A stretch of 27,824 nucleotides of DNA from positions 1 to 27,824 of the IMG/VR virus record IMGVR_UViG_3300020042_005038. One strand, given 5' to 3'. The stretch comes from a virus (Duplodnaviria > Caudoviricetes). The notes beneath the pieces were generated by a model. The model saw nothing but the letters and a program-made list of their open reading frames with translations. It ran no database searches and was not told the DNA's origin. The first letter of the stretch is position 1, and each line of letters begins with the position of its first letter. A program made the position numbers and the translations under genes. This document shows, piece by piece, positions 10,801 through 18,034 of the stretch.

Positions 10801-11263
10801 AGGTAGCCTTACCGCAGTAAGATTAGGTATAGAAGGTGCTACTACCACTAAAGGAGATAAATTAATGGACCCTGAATTTTATACAACTGGTAAATTATTT
10901 GCACAATCTTTAGGTTTTGGTAGCACTGAAGTAGCTCAATTACAAAAGTCTAATTTTTTAGCTAAAGAAATAGTAGTAAAAATGGAAAGTGATCGTGTTA
11001 AATTGCTTAATCGTTTTGACATAGCAATTCGTGATGGTATAGAAACTGAATCTGAAAGACAAAAAGTTATTGAAGTTTTAGAAAAGATAACCGCTTTTAA
11101 TAAAAAAAATCCAATCTCTTCTATTATGATTGAAGAAGAAGATATTATAAAATCTTTTGAAGCACGTACAAAACGTCGTGGTGAATCATATCAAGGACTT
11201 TCTGTTCCAGAAGATTTAATGCCTTACATTTATCCTTTAGTTAAAGGAACTCGTTCTCCTTAA
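4889..11263 (+). CDS. Giant internal virion/polyvalent protein with zincin-like metallopeptidase motif, 2124 aa
   Basis: TAATG coupling. Twin N-terminal repeat (YDIESARKAGLSDAEI / YNLAGAREAGAPDTDI), VVLHEALHAA with downstream EFVAYG, Pro/Lys linker, and a helical C-terminal region with hydrophobic segments. Last gene of the virion block, as large ejection proteins often are. Confidence 0.7.
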   Translation: MAYDIESARKAGLSDAEINNYLASKYKYNLAGAREAGAPDTDILTHLLAKDKPVVKTTPTTEVAPISSPEEITSQAETSRGAFAAQPGAGLTEQQKRQLAEATAKYEKEVPFLQRQTDPIKAGVKGLSTVVPNLEITSLQKEINAIQEGKVGPRDPVTGEMTPLQPEEAEAAIKSLQARQAEAQKKVMGVQAEVSQIRKRPAVELLNDVTTARQAFQAFQADPLGIMASVSLESLPQVAPALVLGAVTRNPTVGALAMGSTSFASELSSGVMEYFQDNGVDTRDPVAVNKALNDPVLFAKAYGHALTRGSIIAVADTAAAGLASKMLVPKQLIKNQLAKEAVNIGVAQPTAQIISGGGGEILAQLATEGEVKKPGRAVLEAAGEGPTSLLETAAFGGQQAYERLPSTIAKKEAEAKAVEDQKKILDKLTAPGALENLGQQFNDTVEGLKTSINPKTTKKDGSGGRFYTEQEAYEAAGNLILQGGLLDGTESTIGGTDQSGVSVPGKPIETNTGAIDTTGGDLAATDTTTTTVGGGEGTELNTLVANLKAKYPQLTDEQALANAEESLRQKQIAAQQQAAGAGIPTPTSALTAAQEQRRTELKSILENEDLGDKYTREQGLALVDELIALENIAEGTTPPSIDTTDTTKDKKPSVTTGKSRGRPIVKKTSEQIAADAAYKKQRQDIGRNASNDINRAEKVLTQEVNTEQIINNAANEQDAISQLSQLKLQRIGALETAYRLSVDPDQKNKTAGKKASTLLKTADPKELETAKQIYESKKKIGAPSRAEISESTNGQDNTVFEKYNNARSAVNWIANNGNPFEKILARRLLPFLNGVKFVVVDSADDMPTAFLRDKMMGAAGLYVPDRKTIYVMRSGGINNTVVLHEALHAATVARIDAYLELREAGKPIPDSLERPVAELMALMIRAKDNFDLLFSQSLESGDLGLLTTEMLEIPNDAFTDVKEFVAYGMSLPAMQEFLLLSPGKLAGAPSNFVDRLFNKFVQSIRQLFSMDEKHTSALQDLIIVTNKLLAAPLLKVAPSEPVAAKAKQPAPPKTPKPPKAPKQSKTVENILRAIRLSKTGTELNRSIGELMLQTRNANDAVRLIKAVFNSINVNRLRLAMFIFDTNDITRMAGNQINNIKVINNAVESMAGMRTRMIREMAENVEPWTHFNAKYKEGGEILSDLINATTLLEVDPTKHPDLATALKNDLKLQQLEKNILNPPIDPKTNKPKNVSALKKDRTIRIDRITVIYEGGVYNNPVTGEKNNMGGWNKLGKIGKGEGHAIYKMAKDSYQETFNLHEQLLKEKIAASNVPGNINDASTPKGKLIAAITKTFQEAKTLEVYFPLMRYGNFWYSVGKGKSGEFYMFESSTARNNAIDKRVEELNKAGDKRTRDKMIEDGDIDLGDDIRKLREKHIESSDMLKEIFAMLDKNKTNDIDAVKDNIYQMYLMTLPDKDIRRKFVHRQGKTGFSADTLRNFIVSQHTAANQLARLKYADQIRNGIAAAYAEISQNPNKLKLAVLIKEISERALAEITPSVPEGGINWDQAAVVGNKFVFYWLLTSPKSALIQMTQLATVGLPTLGAQYGMAKTLATAFKYSALWNKLGVSKTDKNGNIITEWGQPSINDSNYIAKHPNLAYRKVLKDAWNFANDKDLFMSTYASDMTSMSEVPSGTYHNIVSRATRGTFNLIGGAFHHAERISREIMFMSSFELAYADNKKKGMDDKTAFDAATKKATSLTTDSLFDYTNYNKPPITKTAGGRIAFQFLTYPLQMTSYLVRNFYGMLPLLNKEEKKEAAIKFFGTMAMTGLFAGVTGLPLYSFIMGVIDGMRELLRDEDEEDYEKDDEGNPLGRRSTDLWVRNWFIPNFFGPESSLAQFLGLSEENAKTLARAFEMGVIPAYTDLNVAPSISLDGMWFRSDKPAETSREAFEQFLLGLGGPLVGLGGNIFASIDDFENGQFIRGFEKISPAFLKGSLTAVRLGIEGATTTKGDKLMDPEFYTTGKLFAQSLGFGSTEVAQLQKSNFLAKEIVVKMESDRVKLLNRFDIAIRDGIETESERQKVIEVLEKITAFNKKNPISSIMIEEEDIIKSFEARTKRRGESYQGLSVPEDLMPYIYPLVKGTRSP
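6348..6518 (+). CDS. Overprinted 56-aa ORF in the +1 frame inside the 2124-aa gene
   Basis: AAGGAGGA at 6333-6340, 7-nt spacer, ATG at 6348, TAG at 6516-6518. Translation: MELNQLSVEQINQAFLCLANQSKPTPELLTLPEETWQQLTRLLLLLEAEKELNSIH. Confidence 0.65.
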   Translation: MELNQLSVEQINQAFLCLANQSKPTPELLTLPEETWQQLTRLLLLLEAEKELNSIH

Positions 11264-11265
11264 AT

Positions 11266-11290
11266 AAAAAACCCCCGCACTAGGCGGGGG
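11266..11290 (-). terminator. Intrinsic terminator of the - strand block
   Basis: CCCCCGC-ACTAG-GCGGGGG hairpin (11272-11290) followed on the - strand by T6, between convergent genes. Confidence 0.85.
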
Positions 11291-11355
11291 CAAAGAGTTT
11301 GGAAGGAGCTAACTTCCGAGGAGAAACAGACAAGCTGTTCTGTGCTCGAGTATAG

Positions 11356-11550
11356 TTAAATTCTCCAAATGCGTAAACCTTTTACTCCTTCATGGATAAC
11401 CAGCTTAAACACAACCTCTAATTTTAACCTTTTTGTAACACGTGTAATATCTTTTTTGGCAGCATCAGGGTTAAGGCAAGGTATAAAGATTGAGTACCCT
11501 ACTTTAAAATTTCTCCAATTAACGTTGTAACTAATCTTCTCTACTAGCAT
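11356..11550 (-). CDS. Small basic phage protein, possibly DNA-binding, ~64 aa
   Basis: ATG at 11550 overlaps the end of the primase gene. VGYSIFIP...GLRIWR pattern typical of small phage proteins. Confidence 0.65.
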   Translation of the reverse strand: MLVEKISYNVNWRNFKVGYSIFIPCLNPDAAKKDITRVTKRLKLEVVFKLVIHEGVKGLRIWRI

Positions 11551-14371
11551 TTTCAATAATCGGTGCTACAACCGCATCCATATCAATAAAGTCAGGTACA
11601 GAGCAGTCAAAGAACAATGCATGAATCCCAGGAGATGTAACACGCATGCCTTTAGACATCTGTTTGGTATCGGCTTTTACATAAACACCACGGGCTTTTA
11701 GCTCGTTCAATGTTTCTTTGTATGGGGCTTGTGACTCTACACAATCTTTTTTAAAGTCTTTAGCTACGATATACATCATCTTGGTATCAGGTTCATAACG
11801 TATCCTTAGTTCGCCTCGTGGCTCTTGTACAGGTGCCGAGTGCATATTGGTACGCTTGTCTACCTCATTGTTTACAACCAACATGTTTTGTATGTTACGG
11901 TTTATATAGTCACCAATAATAGAAGCAGCGTTATTAGATGGAGGTGCGATATCTTGCCGTACTGTAGTTAGCATCTGCATAGCCCATGTATATATGGCTT
12001 TCATATCGTAGTCATGCAATCCAAGCATCCGAGCAACCAAACCGCCTGTTATGTTACAAGCAATAAGCGCAGACCAGAAACGTTCTTTGGAAGTCAGACG
12101 CATTTCTTTATCAATCTTGGCTTGAATTGCCAACAAGTTACTGACTGTGTCTTCTAAATTACCCAGTAGATAGGTGCAGTAGATGTCGCCAGCATGCCCG
12201 TAGTTTTCTTTTAGTTGATGGTCAAACATTGCCTTGGCTACGTGCACAGGGATAATATTGCTTGGATGTATCTGATACTCTAATAGGCGCATGCTCTCAC
12301 CATCCGGGCTGTTCTTGTGTACCCCAAGTTTCTCGTAGAAGCTAGCGTTTGAACTTGCCAAGGATATCGTCTGCCAAGTGGTATTGTTAATACGCAACTC
12401 GTTTTTATCCGATTTAGACCTGTTAGCTCCACGACCTTGGGACATGCTATAAGCCAGCGTAGAGAACTCGGCAGGGCTAATGTTGGTAATCTCGTCAATC
12501 GTAAAGGGCAGGTTATTCATAATCCCTAGATGCAACATCTTGGCGGCTAGGGTGTCTTTCCATATTGCAGCTAATCTGTCGGGGTGTCCGTACACGCTAT
12601 TGCACATATACAACGCAGTAGATTTACCCGTGCCTGACTCTTTATGAATAAGATTTATGATTGCTCCGCTATGACCAGTAAATTTAAGGAGCGGCGCGCC
12701 AAACGCAGTAAGCGCAGCAAATGCATGGGGTTCTAATCCTGGAGCACCATACAAGTTAAATACTTCTTTCCATTTCTCTAGTGTGCCTTTGGGATGCATA
12801 ACGTCCGCAAACGATCTAGTATTTGCAGAGGGTGGGCTATGGAATGTACCGTCTTTGCTAATCTCTCTATCGCCAATAATAAATTTGCTGTTCTTATCTG
12901 CCCAGCCAAATTGTGTCCTCATAAGTTCTGCCTTTCCTTTGTACTGCAATTCTTTGATAAATGACATTAAGAATGCCATTAGTTGATCCATTTGCTTTGG
13001 CATCCCTGCGACACCTTTTGTTGACAACGCTTCACGTAATCTTTCTTTTACTGCCACGGTAGACAGCGGAATCGTAAACTCCCGTACGTCGTCTTTAGGT
13101 AGATGCAACCGCATTAATACAAGTTCGCCAACTGCAGGGTCAGGATCATGCATCCGCTTTACGATATATAAGTCGTGCTCATACACGCAGATTGGTTCTG
13201 ATTCCTCTTCGTCTTTGATTGTTATATAGATGCCACCGTTCTTCCCACGAAAATACGGAAATGGGTAAGAGGGTATCTTGTACGTCACAGCGTCATCTAA
13301 TGCCTGCGTCTCGTGCACTTCGGTTTCTTCTGCCTTTACTATTTCTCTGCCTAGGGCAATAGGTGAACCAATACGTCCTTTCCACTGGCAACCATCACAA
13401 CCGCCCGGGTTATTTTTTTCAAACGTACTGCAACGTTGAGCAAACGCTGTGTGGCTAGCTTTGTCCTCTGTATCTTCGGGAGAGTAACTAGGATGCTTTT
13501 CTGAAATTTTATGAATTGCAGTCTCTCTATCCACGCAACGATGAGCAATAGATAACGCATTGAACCACATAGGTTCAGATACAGATTCTTGGTTCTGGTA
13601 TTGATACAACAACTGTGCACAACCTTCATTGTTGGCACTGCGAATCATAATCTTGCTAAACCTAGATACGGTGTTAGCAGCCATAGCTTTTTGTAATTCA
13701 CTTAGTTCTCTAGGAGCCGTTGGCTTCTTAGGCGCTTCTTTTACACCCAGTAAGTTCTTAAATGCTTCGTACTCAACATCTGGTGCATCACAGATTATTT
13801 CTACTGGCTTAGGTGGATTATCTTTAAAGTTCAATGTGCCAGGGACTCTAAGCACCCTAGCTATCTCAAATACACTTGCATCGACATAAAGGTTATGCAA
13901 TACACATAGTTCATTCAAACGATTAGCAACTGGCTCCCACTCTTCTCTACTAACAGGGTTAGCAAGGGGCCAATACGCATGGATGCCCCTACCTGAGTTA
14001 ACAAGTAAAGGCTTTGGTAATCCGATTAATTTGCAGAAGTCTTTTAGTGCTTGTAGACCTGTTGCTTGGTCTATATAGCCATCAGGACGATTTGTCTTTG
14101 GGTTTAATTCTGCTTTTGCTTCACCACAATCTAAGTCAAGCCAAAATGCTTTGAGGTCTTTTACGTTCTCTTTTTTACGATTTAGATTTGTCTCAAACTT
14201 AGCAACACCAAAATACACATCTCTGCCTTTGGACAGAAAGTCTTTTACGTGCGTATCAAATTCTTTTCGTGTTTGAACAAGCTCTTGTATAGCAGACTTA
14301 CCCTTTAAGCCAAGCACGGTAAGCCACCCATTGGGGCTTTGCACTCTGTTTAATAGGTCAATATTTGCCAT
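11531..14371 (-). CDS. Primase-helicase fusion (RepB/AEP-type primase, DUF927-like region, P-loop helicase), 946 aa
   Basis: WLDLD, NSGRGIHAYW and RVLRVPGT primase motifs; Cys-rich CSTF...CDGC segment; QFGW; Walker A ESGTGKST; Walker B FTIDE. Confidence 0.85.
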   Translation of the reverse strand: MANIDLLNRVQSPNGWLTVLGLKGKSAIQELVQTRKEFDTHVKDFLSKGRDVYFGVAKFETNLNRKKENVKDLKAFWLDLDCGEAKAELNPKTNRPDGYIDQATGLQALKDFCKLIGLPKPLLVNSGRGIHAYWPLANPVSREEWEPVANRLNELCVLHNLYVDASVFEIARVLRVPGTLNFKDNPPKPVEIICDAPDVEYEAFKNLLGVKEAPKKPTAPRELSELQKAMAANTVSRFSKIMIRSANNEGCAQLLYQYQNQESVSEPMWFNALSIAHRCVDRETAIHKISEKHPSYSPEDTEDKASHTAFAQRCSTFEKNNPGGCDGCQWKGRIGSPIALGREIVKAEETEVHETQALDDAVTYKIPSYPFPYFRGKNGGIYITIKDEEESEPICVYEHDLYIVKRMHDPDPAVGELVLMRLHLPKDDVREFTIPLSTVAVKERLREALSTKGVAGMPKQMDQLMAFLMSFIKELQYKGKAELMRTQFGWADKNSKFIIGDREISKDGTFHSPPSANTRSFADVMHPKGTLEKWKEVFNLYGAPGLEPHAFAALTAFGAPLLKFTGHSGAIINLIHKESGTGKSTALYMCNSVYGHPDRLAAIWKDTLAAKMLHLGIMNNLPFTIDEITNISPAEFSTLAYSMSQGRGANRSKSDKNELRINNTTWQTISLASSNASFYEKLGVHKNSPDGESMRLLEYQIHPSNIIPVHVAKAMFDHQLKENYGHAGDIYCTYLLGNLEDTVSNLLAIQAKIDKEMRLTSKERFWSALIACNITGGLVARMLGLHDYDMKAIYTWAMQMLTTVRQDIAPPSNNAASIIGDYINRNIQNMLVVNNEVDKRTNMHSAPVQEPRGELRIRYEPDTKMMYIVAKDFKKDCVESQAPYKETLNELKARGVYVKADTKQMSKGMRVTSPGIHALFFDCSVPDFIDMDAVVAPIIENASRED

Positions 14372-14392
14372 TCTCGTCTCGTTGTTAAGGGG

Positions 14393-14417
14393 AAAAAAGG
14401 GGGGACTACTCCCCCCT
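14393..14417 (-). terminator. Intrinsic terminator between the HTH gene and the primase gene
   Basis: 8-bp stem AGGGGGGA-CTAC-TCCCCCCT (14398-14417) followed by a T-tract on the - strand. Confidence 0.75.
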
Positions 14418-14439
14418 CACCTTCCGGTGATGCTCTTTA

Positions 14440-14697
14440 TTACTTAAGTTTTGATTCTTTAATGTGCTTAGTTAAACTATTCAGTAACTTAGTTACGTTC
14501 TTGGCATAGCGTTTATCGGGTTCGTACGAACCCACAAACCAGTTGTATATCGTTTGCCTGCTAACCCCAATAGTGGTTGCTACATCTGCAACTGATATAC
14601 CTAGTTTTATAGCCGCTTTACCAAGAGCAACACCAAGCCTACTGCTATCAGCCTGTTTATTAAGCTGAATAGTCTTGGCACTATAGCCGTAACTCAT
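14440..14697 (-). CDS. Cro/XRE-type helix-turn-helix protein, 85 aa
   Basis: ISVADVATTIGVSRQTIYNWFVG is a canonical HTH. Confidence 0.85.
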   Translation of the reverse strand: MSYGYSAKTIQLNKQADSSRLGVALGKAAIKLGISVADVATTIGVSRQTIYNWFVGSYEPDKRYAKNVTKLLNSLTKHIKESKLK

Positions 14698-14699
14698 TA

Positions 14700-15578
14700 T
14701 TAGTTATCCGACCAAGCGCTAACAACATCTGCTAATTTTGCTTTTGGTGCGGCAGGAGGCACCTCAGTTTTCTTAGCTCGTTTAACAACAGGCTCATCGG
14801 GCTCAGCTTCAGATTCAAAAGCTGGTTTAGCTGCTACTGGTGGTAGCTTTACAACGCCATCTTGCTGAGCAACAGTTAACTGAATAACTCTCTTGGACTC
14901 TTGAGTAGCTTGTGCTGTTTCTACAACATCAATCTCTTCATCGGTCAAATGACGCACTGGGGTGAACTTTAGCACATCAGCCGTCTCGTTCTCATCAAAT
15001 GCAATCTGAGTAATGATGCGATCAATGCTCTCGCCGTTAGCTGGCAAGAACTTAATATAGCTCTCAAACGGATGCGTATTACCAACACCCTTACCAAACA
15101 AAGATTTGGCTGGAATATTAAATTGATAAATATCTCCACTCATATCATTCTCAAGCAACACAGCGACACGACGATTAAAGCGACATGCACGACCTTTGCC
15201 ATTTATGCCTGAACCATCAATATTCTGTGGGCAAGTAGCACAGCTTGCGGACTGTGGGTTTGCAGCTTTAGCATCAGGTACATCGCCTTGGTTAGACCAG
15301 CAGTCAGGTAGAGTTGGGGCAGCATCAGGATCAAACGCAGTAGCGTAGAACTGACGAGATACCTTTGGCAATGCGTTAATAACGATTACATTTAAGAAAC
15401 CATCTTTAACCTTGCCTGCTTCTTTGCCGTTTACAATACGGCGAAACACGCCTTTGGACATGGTGATACGACGACTAGTAGAACCGCCACCGCTATCCGC
15501 TAGGGCTTTAGATAATTCGCTAACCTCACGATTAGTTGCTACTGTGTTTTGCTGCTGAAAAATAGAAATATTACTCAT
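14700..15578 (-). CDS. Probable ssDNA-binding/annealing protein with Cys motif, 292 aa
   Basis: CWS...CATCPQN..GSG...RAC motif, low-complexity charged tail ending in WSDN, location in the replication module, AAGGAG RBS. Confidence 0.55.
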   Translation of the reverse strand: MSNISIFQQQNTVATNREVSELSKALADSGGGSTSRRITMSKGVFRRIVNGKEAGKVKDGFLNVIVINALPKVSRQFYATAFDPDAAPTLPDCWSNQGDVPDAKAANPQSASCATCPQNIDGSGINGKGRACRFNRRVAVLLENDMSGDIYQFNIPAKSLFGKGVGNTHPFESYIKFLPANGESIDRIITQIAFDENETADVLKFTPVRHLTDEEIDVVETAQATQESKRVIQLTVAQQDGVVKLPPVAAKPAFESEAEPDEPVVKRAKKTEVPPAAPKAKLADVVSAWSDN

Positions 15579-15973
15579 GTTTTGCTCCTTCTAACGACCA
15601 CGGTGTATTTACTGTCTGCTTGTAAACCAGCAGGTAACAGATTTGGATTCTCTTCAAGAAACTGCTTGAGGTTAGTTTGATGTATCCTCTTCTCGAGCAG
15701 GGGGTAGGCATCATGTTCTTGTATGAACTGATACATAGAATCCCAATCCGTCGTCCAGTACCGTGTATCCACTTTACGAATGATTGTCCCTGCTGGTGTT
15801 TTAATGCTATCGGCATTGTTTTCACGACATACGTCTAGCATTTTTTCTGCGAGCAAGTCCTGTTGAGCTTTTAACTCTTCGTCTTGTTGCTCGTACAACT
15901 CTTTAATCTCAGCTCGCTTGTCACGGATTTTTATATAAATCTCTGCAAGTTTGTCTGTTTGTACATCTTCCAT
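15575..15973 (-). CDS. Conserved phage replication-module protein, 132 aa
   Basis: AAGGAG RBS; coiled-coil N-half, SIKTPAGT, TDWD; first gene after a consensus promoter. Confidence 0.7.
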   Translation of the reverse strand: MEDVQTDKLAEIYIKIRDKRAEIKELYEQQDEELKAQQDLLAEKMLDVCRENNADSIKTPAGTIIRKVDTRYWTTDWDSMYQFIQEHDAYPLLEKRIHQTNLKQFLEENPNLLPAGLQADSKYTVVVRRSKT

Positions 15974-16001
15974 TTTTAGCTCCTTTTAACTACGAACCAC
16001 T

Positions 16002-16029
16002 AGTATACTAATGACTTTGACAATGTCAA
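16002..16029 (-). promoter_or_regulatory. sigma70-type promoter overlapped by palindrome TTGACAWTGTCAA
   Basis: The - strand reads TTGACA-16 nt-TATACT. A 13-bp inverted repeat at 16017-16029 covers the -35 box and palindrome TAGTATACTA covers the -10 box. Confidence 0.8.
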
Positions 16030-17420
16030 GCTATTTCTTCAATTTCTTGTCTGTATAAGTCAATTATTTTTGTGTGGCTGTCTATATTATTTTGTAACAT
16101 TCTGTATAACCTAGCTTCTACTTCGCTTCCTTTGATATGCACAATAGTCATAGGGTTCTTTTGTCCTGGACGGTTAATACGTGCATTAGCTTGCAAGTAT
16201 GTTTCTACGCTGGTTACAGGAGCATACCAAATGATTACATTAGCAGCAGTTAGTGTTAACCCGTGAGATGCTGCTTGCGGTTGGATAATCAGAACACGAA
16301 TGTTTTCTGTTGTTTGAAAGTCGTTAATTATGTCGTGCCTTCTGTTTACAGGAACTTGCCCGTTGATAATTGCACAAGGTATGTTAGCTGCTGTTAAATA
16401 TTTGTTTAGTAGTTCTATAGTATGTGTAAATGGAACAAACACCAGGACCTTATGTGACGCTTCGTTAATAACTTCTTCTATAACTTTCAAGCGGTTAGAA
16501 ACATCAAACTCTATGACTTCTTTAGTATCCGTATAGACCGCACCGCCAGAGATCTGCAGTAGTTTATTAATATTAACAGCTGCATTTACTGAGCTAACCT
16601 GCTCACCACCCGCATGAATAAGCATTTGTTTCTTAAGCAATTTGTAATACTTAATTTGCTGGGCAGTAAGGGGTGCATCCCGTTCTACAAAGGTTACATC
16701 AGGTAAGTCTAAGCATTGATCTTTCTCAAAACGAATAGCGGGTTGTAACACTTTATGCACAATAGACTGGGCTTGAGGTTTTGGTATCCAACGATACGTG
16801 CCTATTTTATACATAACTTGGTCACGAAACTGACCATAAAACTTAGGGGTATTATCGGGGTTAATAAGCTTGGCTAGGCCAAATGCATCTACAGGTGATT
16901 GTGCTGCTGGAGTACCAGTAAGCATCCACATACCTTTGACTTGACTAGCTATATCTCTAAGGGTCTTCCAGCGAGTTGTCTGTGCATTTTTATAAGCACT
17001 TGCTTCATCTACTACAATTAAATCAAACCCACCATGTAATATTTCTTGTTTAACAATATCGACACCATCGTAATTAATAATGACAAACTCAGCGCCAGCA
17101 GCTAATACTTTCTTACGTTGTTTAGGATCGCCATAGGCAATGTCGCATGTGCGATGAATTGCAAACTTAAACAAGTCTTGTTGCCATGCAGATTTCATAA
17201 TAGACAAAGGGCAGATTACCAGCACACGACGTACGACACCTAGGTTCATTAGGTAGTCGGTTGCCCATATTACGCTAGCTGTTTTACCTGTACCTTGCTC
17301 GTTAAAGCAAAAAGCCTTGCGGTTAAGCGTTAAAAACTCAGAAGTCTGCTTTTGATGCGCAAATGGTTTGTGTTTACCAGGCCAGTTGTAGTCCGTTAGG
17401 ATGCTACTTTTTTGAGACAT
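16026..17420 (-). CDS. SNF2-like superfamily 2 helicase
   Basis: NEQGTGKT, VVDEAS, LTGTP, HGLTLTAA, QANARINRPGQ. Likely start is ATG 17420 (MSQKSS); the track's 17552 start lies inside the HNH gene. Confidence 0.9.
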   Translation of the reverse strand: MSQKSSILTDYNWPGKHKPFAHQKQTSEFLTLNRKAFCFNEQGTGKTASVIWATDYLMNLGVVRRVLVICPLSIMKSAWQQDLFKFAIHRTCDIAYGDPKQRKKVLAAGAEFVIINYDGVDIVKQEILHGGFDLIVVDEASAYKNAQTTRWKTLRDIASQVKGMWMLTGTPAAQSPVDAFGLAKLINPDNTPKFYGQFRDQVMYKIGTYRWIPKPQAQSIVHKVLQPAIRFEKDQCLDLPDVTFVERDAPLTAQQIKYYKLLKKQMLIHAGGEQVSSVNAAVNINKLLQISGGAVYTDTKEVIEFDVSNRLKVIEEVINEASHKVLVFVPFTHTIELLNKYLTAANIPCAIINGQVPVNRRHDIINDFQTTENIRVLIIQPQAASHGLTLTAANVIIWYAPVTSVETYLQANARINRPGQKNPMTIVHIKGSEVEARLYRMLQNNIDSHTKIIDLYRQEIEEIA

Positions 17421-17688
17421 TCCGTTTGACTGTGTGGTCTGAGTTCCTGCTAAACGATCTGTTTTTGCTAGCGGGTTTAACCTTGAGATTACCCCTAGTA
17501 CTTGTTCCCCCCTTGCTGAGAGGTTTTGCATGATCGACGTCTTTTCCATCACCCTTGTGTACCTTTCCTTCTTTCATTAGCTCCGCACGGGCAGCATTAC
17601 GCTTGCCCCTATTTTTAATTTGTTCGGGTTTACCCTGATACTGTTCGTATTCTTTTTTGTATGGTCTAGGTTTGTTCACGTATGGCAT
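17404..17688 (-). CDS. HNH endonuclease-like protein, 94 aa
   Basis: DVDHAKPLSKGG...NL......NR motif; AGGAG RBS. Confidence 0.8.
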   Translation of the reverse strand: MPYVNKPRPYKKEYEQYQGKPEQIKNRGKRNAARAELMKEGKVHKGDGKDVDHAKPLSKGGTSTRGNLKVKPASKNRSFSRNSDHTVKRNVSKK

Positions 17689-17698
17689 TATTTTGCTC

Positions 17699-18034
17699 CT
17701 AGTAAGGATCCTTCATTTTGCCGTAAAAGGGGAGAGTCATCAAGCCAGTTTGTTGCAATGCCCTGAGAAAACCGCCTCTTTCGTATGACCCTTTAATTAC
17801 TAACCGCATAGCTTGGCACGTAACCCGTGTCCATTTGCCTTTTATTTTGACCGCCAACTCCATATCGTAAGTGCTACCCAAATCCCCATTTACGTCTATG
17901 TAGCTTTCGGTCATTTTGCCCTCATCTTTGCCAACCCCAAACTCAATTACAAAGTTAGATGCAATCTCGTAGTAATCGTTTTTAAACTCAGGGGGTTTTA
18001 CCTCTAAGGGGCACTCGTCAAAAGTCTCACTCAT
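17699..18034 (-). CDS. Hypothetical protein, 111 aa
   Basis: GGAGA RBS, ATGA overlap, fills the gap in the operon. Confidence 0.7.
   Translation of the reverse strand: MSETFDECPLEVKPPEFKNDYYEIASNFVIEFGVGKDEGKMTESYIDVNGDLGSTYDMELAVKIKGKWTRVTCQAMRLVIKGSYERGGFLRALQQTGLMTLPFYGKMKDPY

Noticed and set aside
13950-13962. CTAACAGGGTTAG, an 11/13 variant of the palindrome
   Set aside because: It breaks the ACAWTGT core, is isolated, and is plausible by chance.
17404-17420. A-AAA-AAG slippery heptamer just before the HNH stop, suggesting an HNH-helicase fusion
   Set aside because: A -1 shift enters a frame that stops within four codons (GTA GCA TCC TAA). The helicase is in the +1 frame and has its own ATG.
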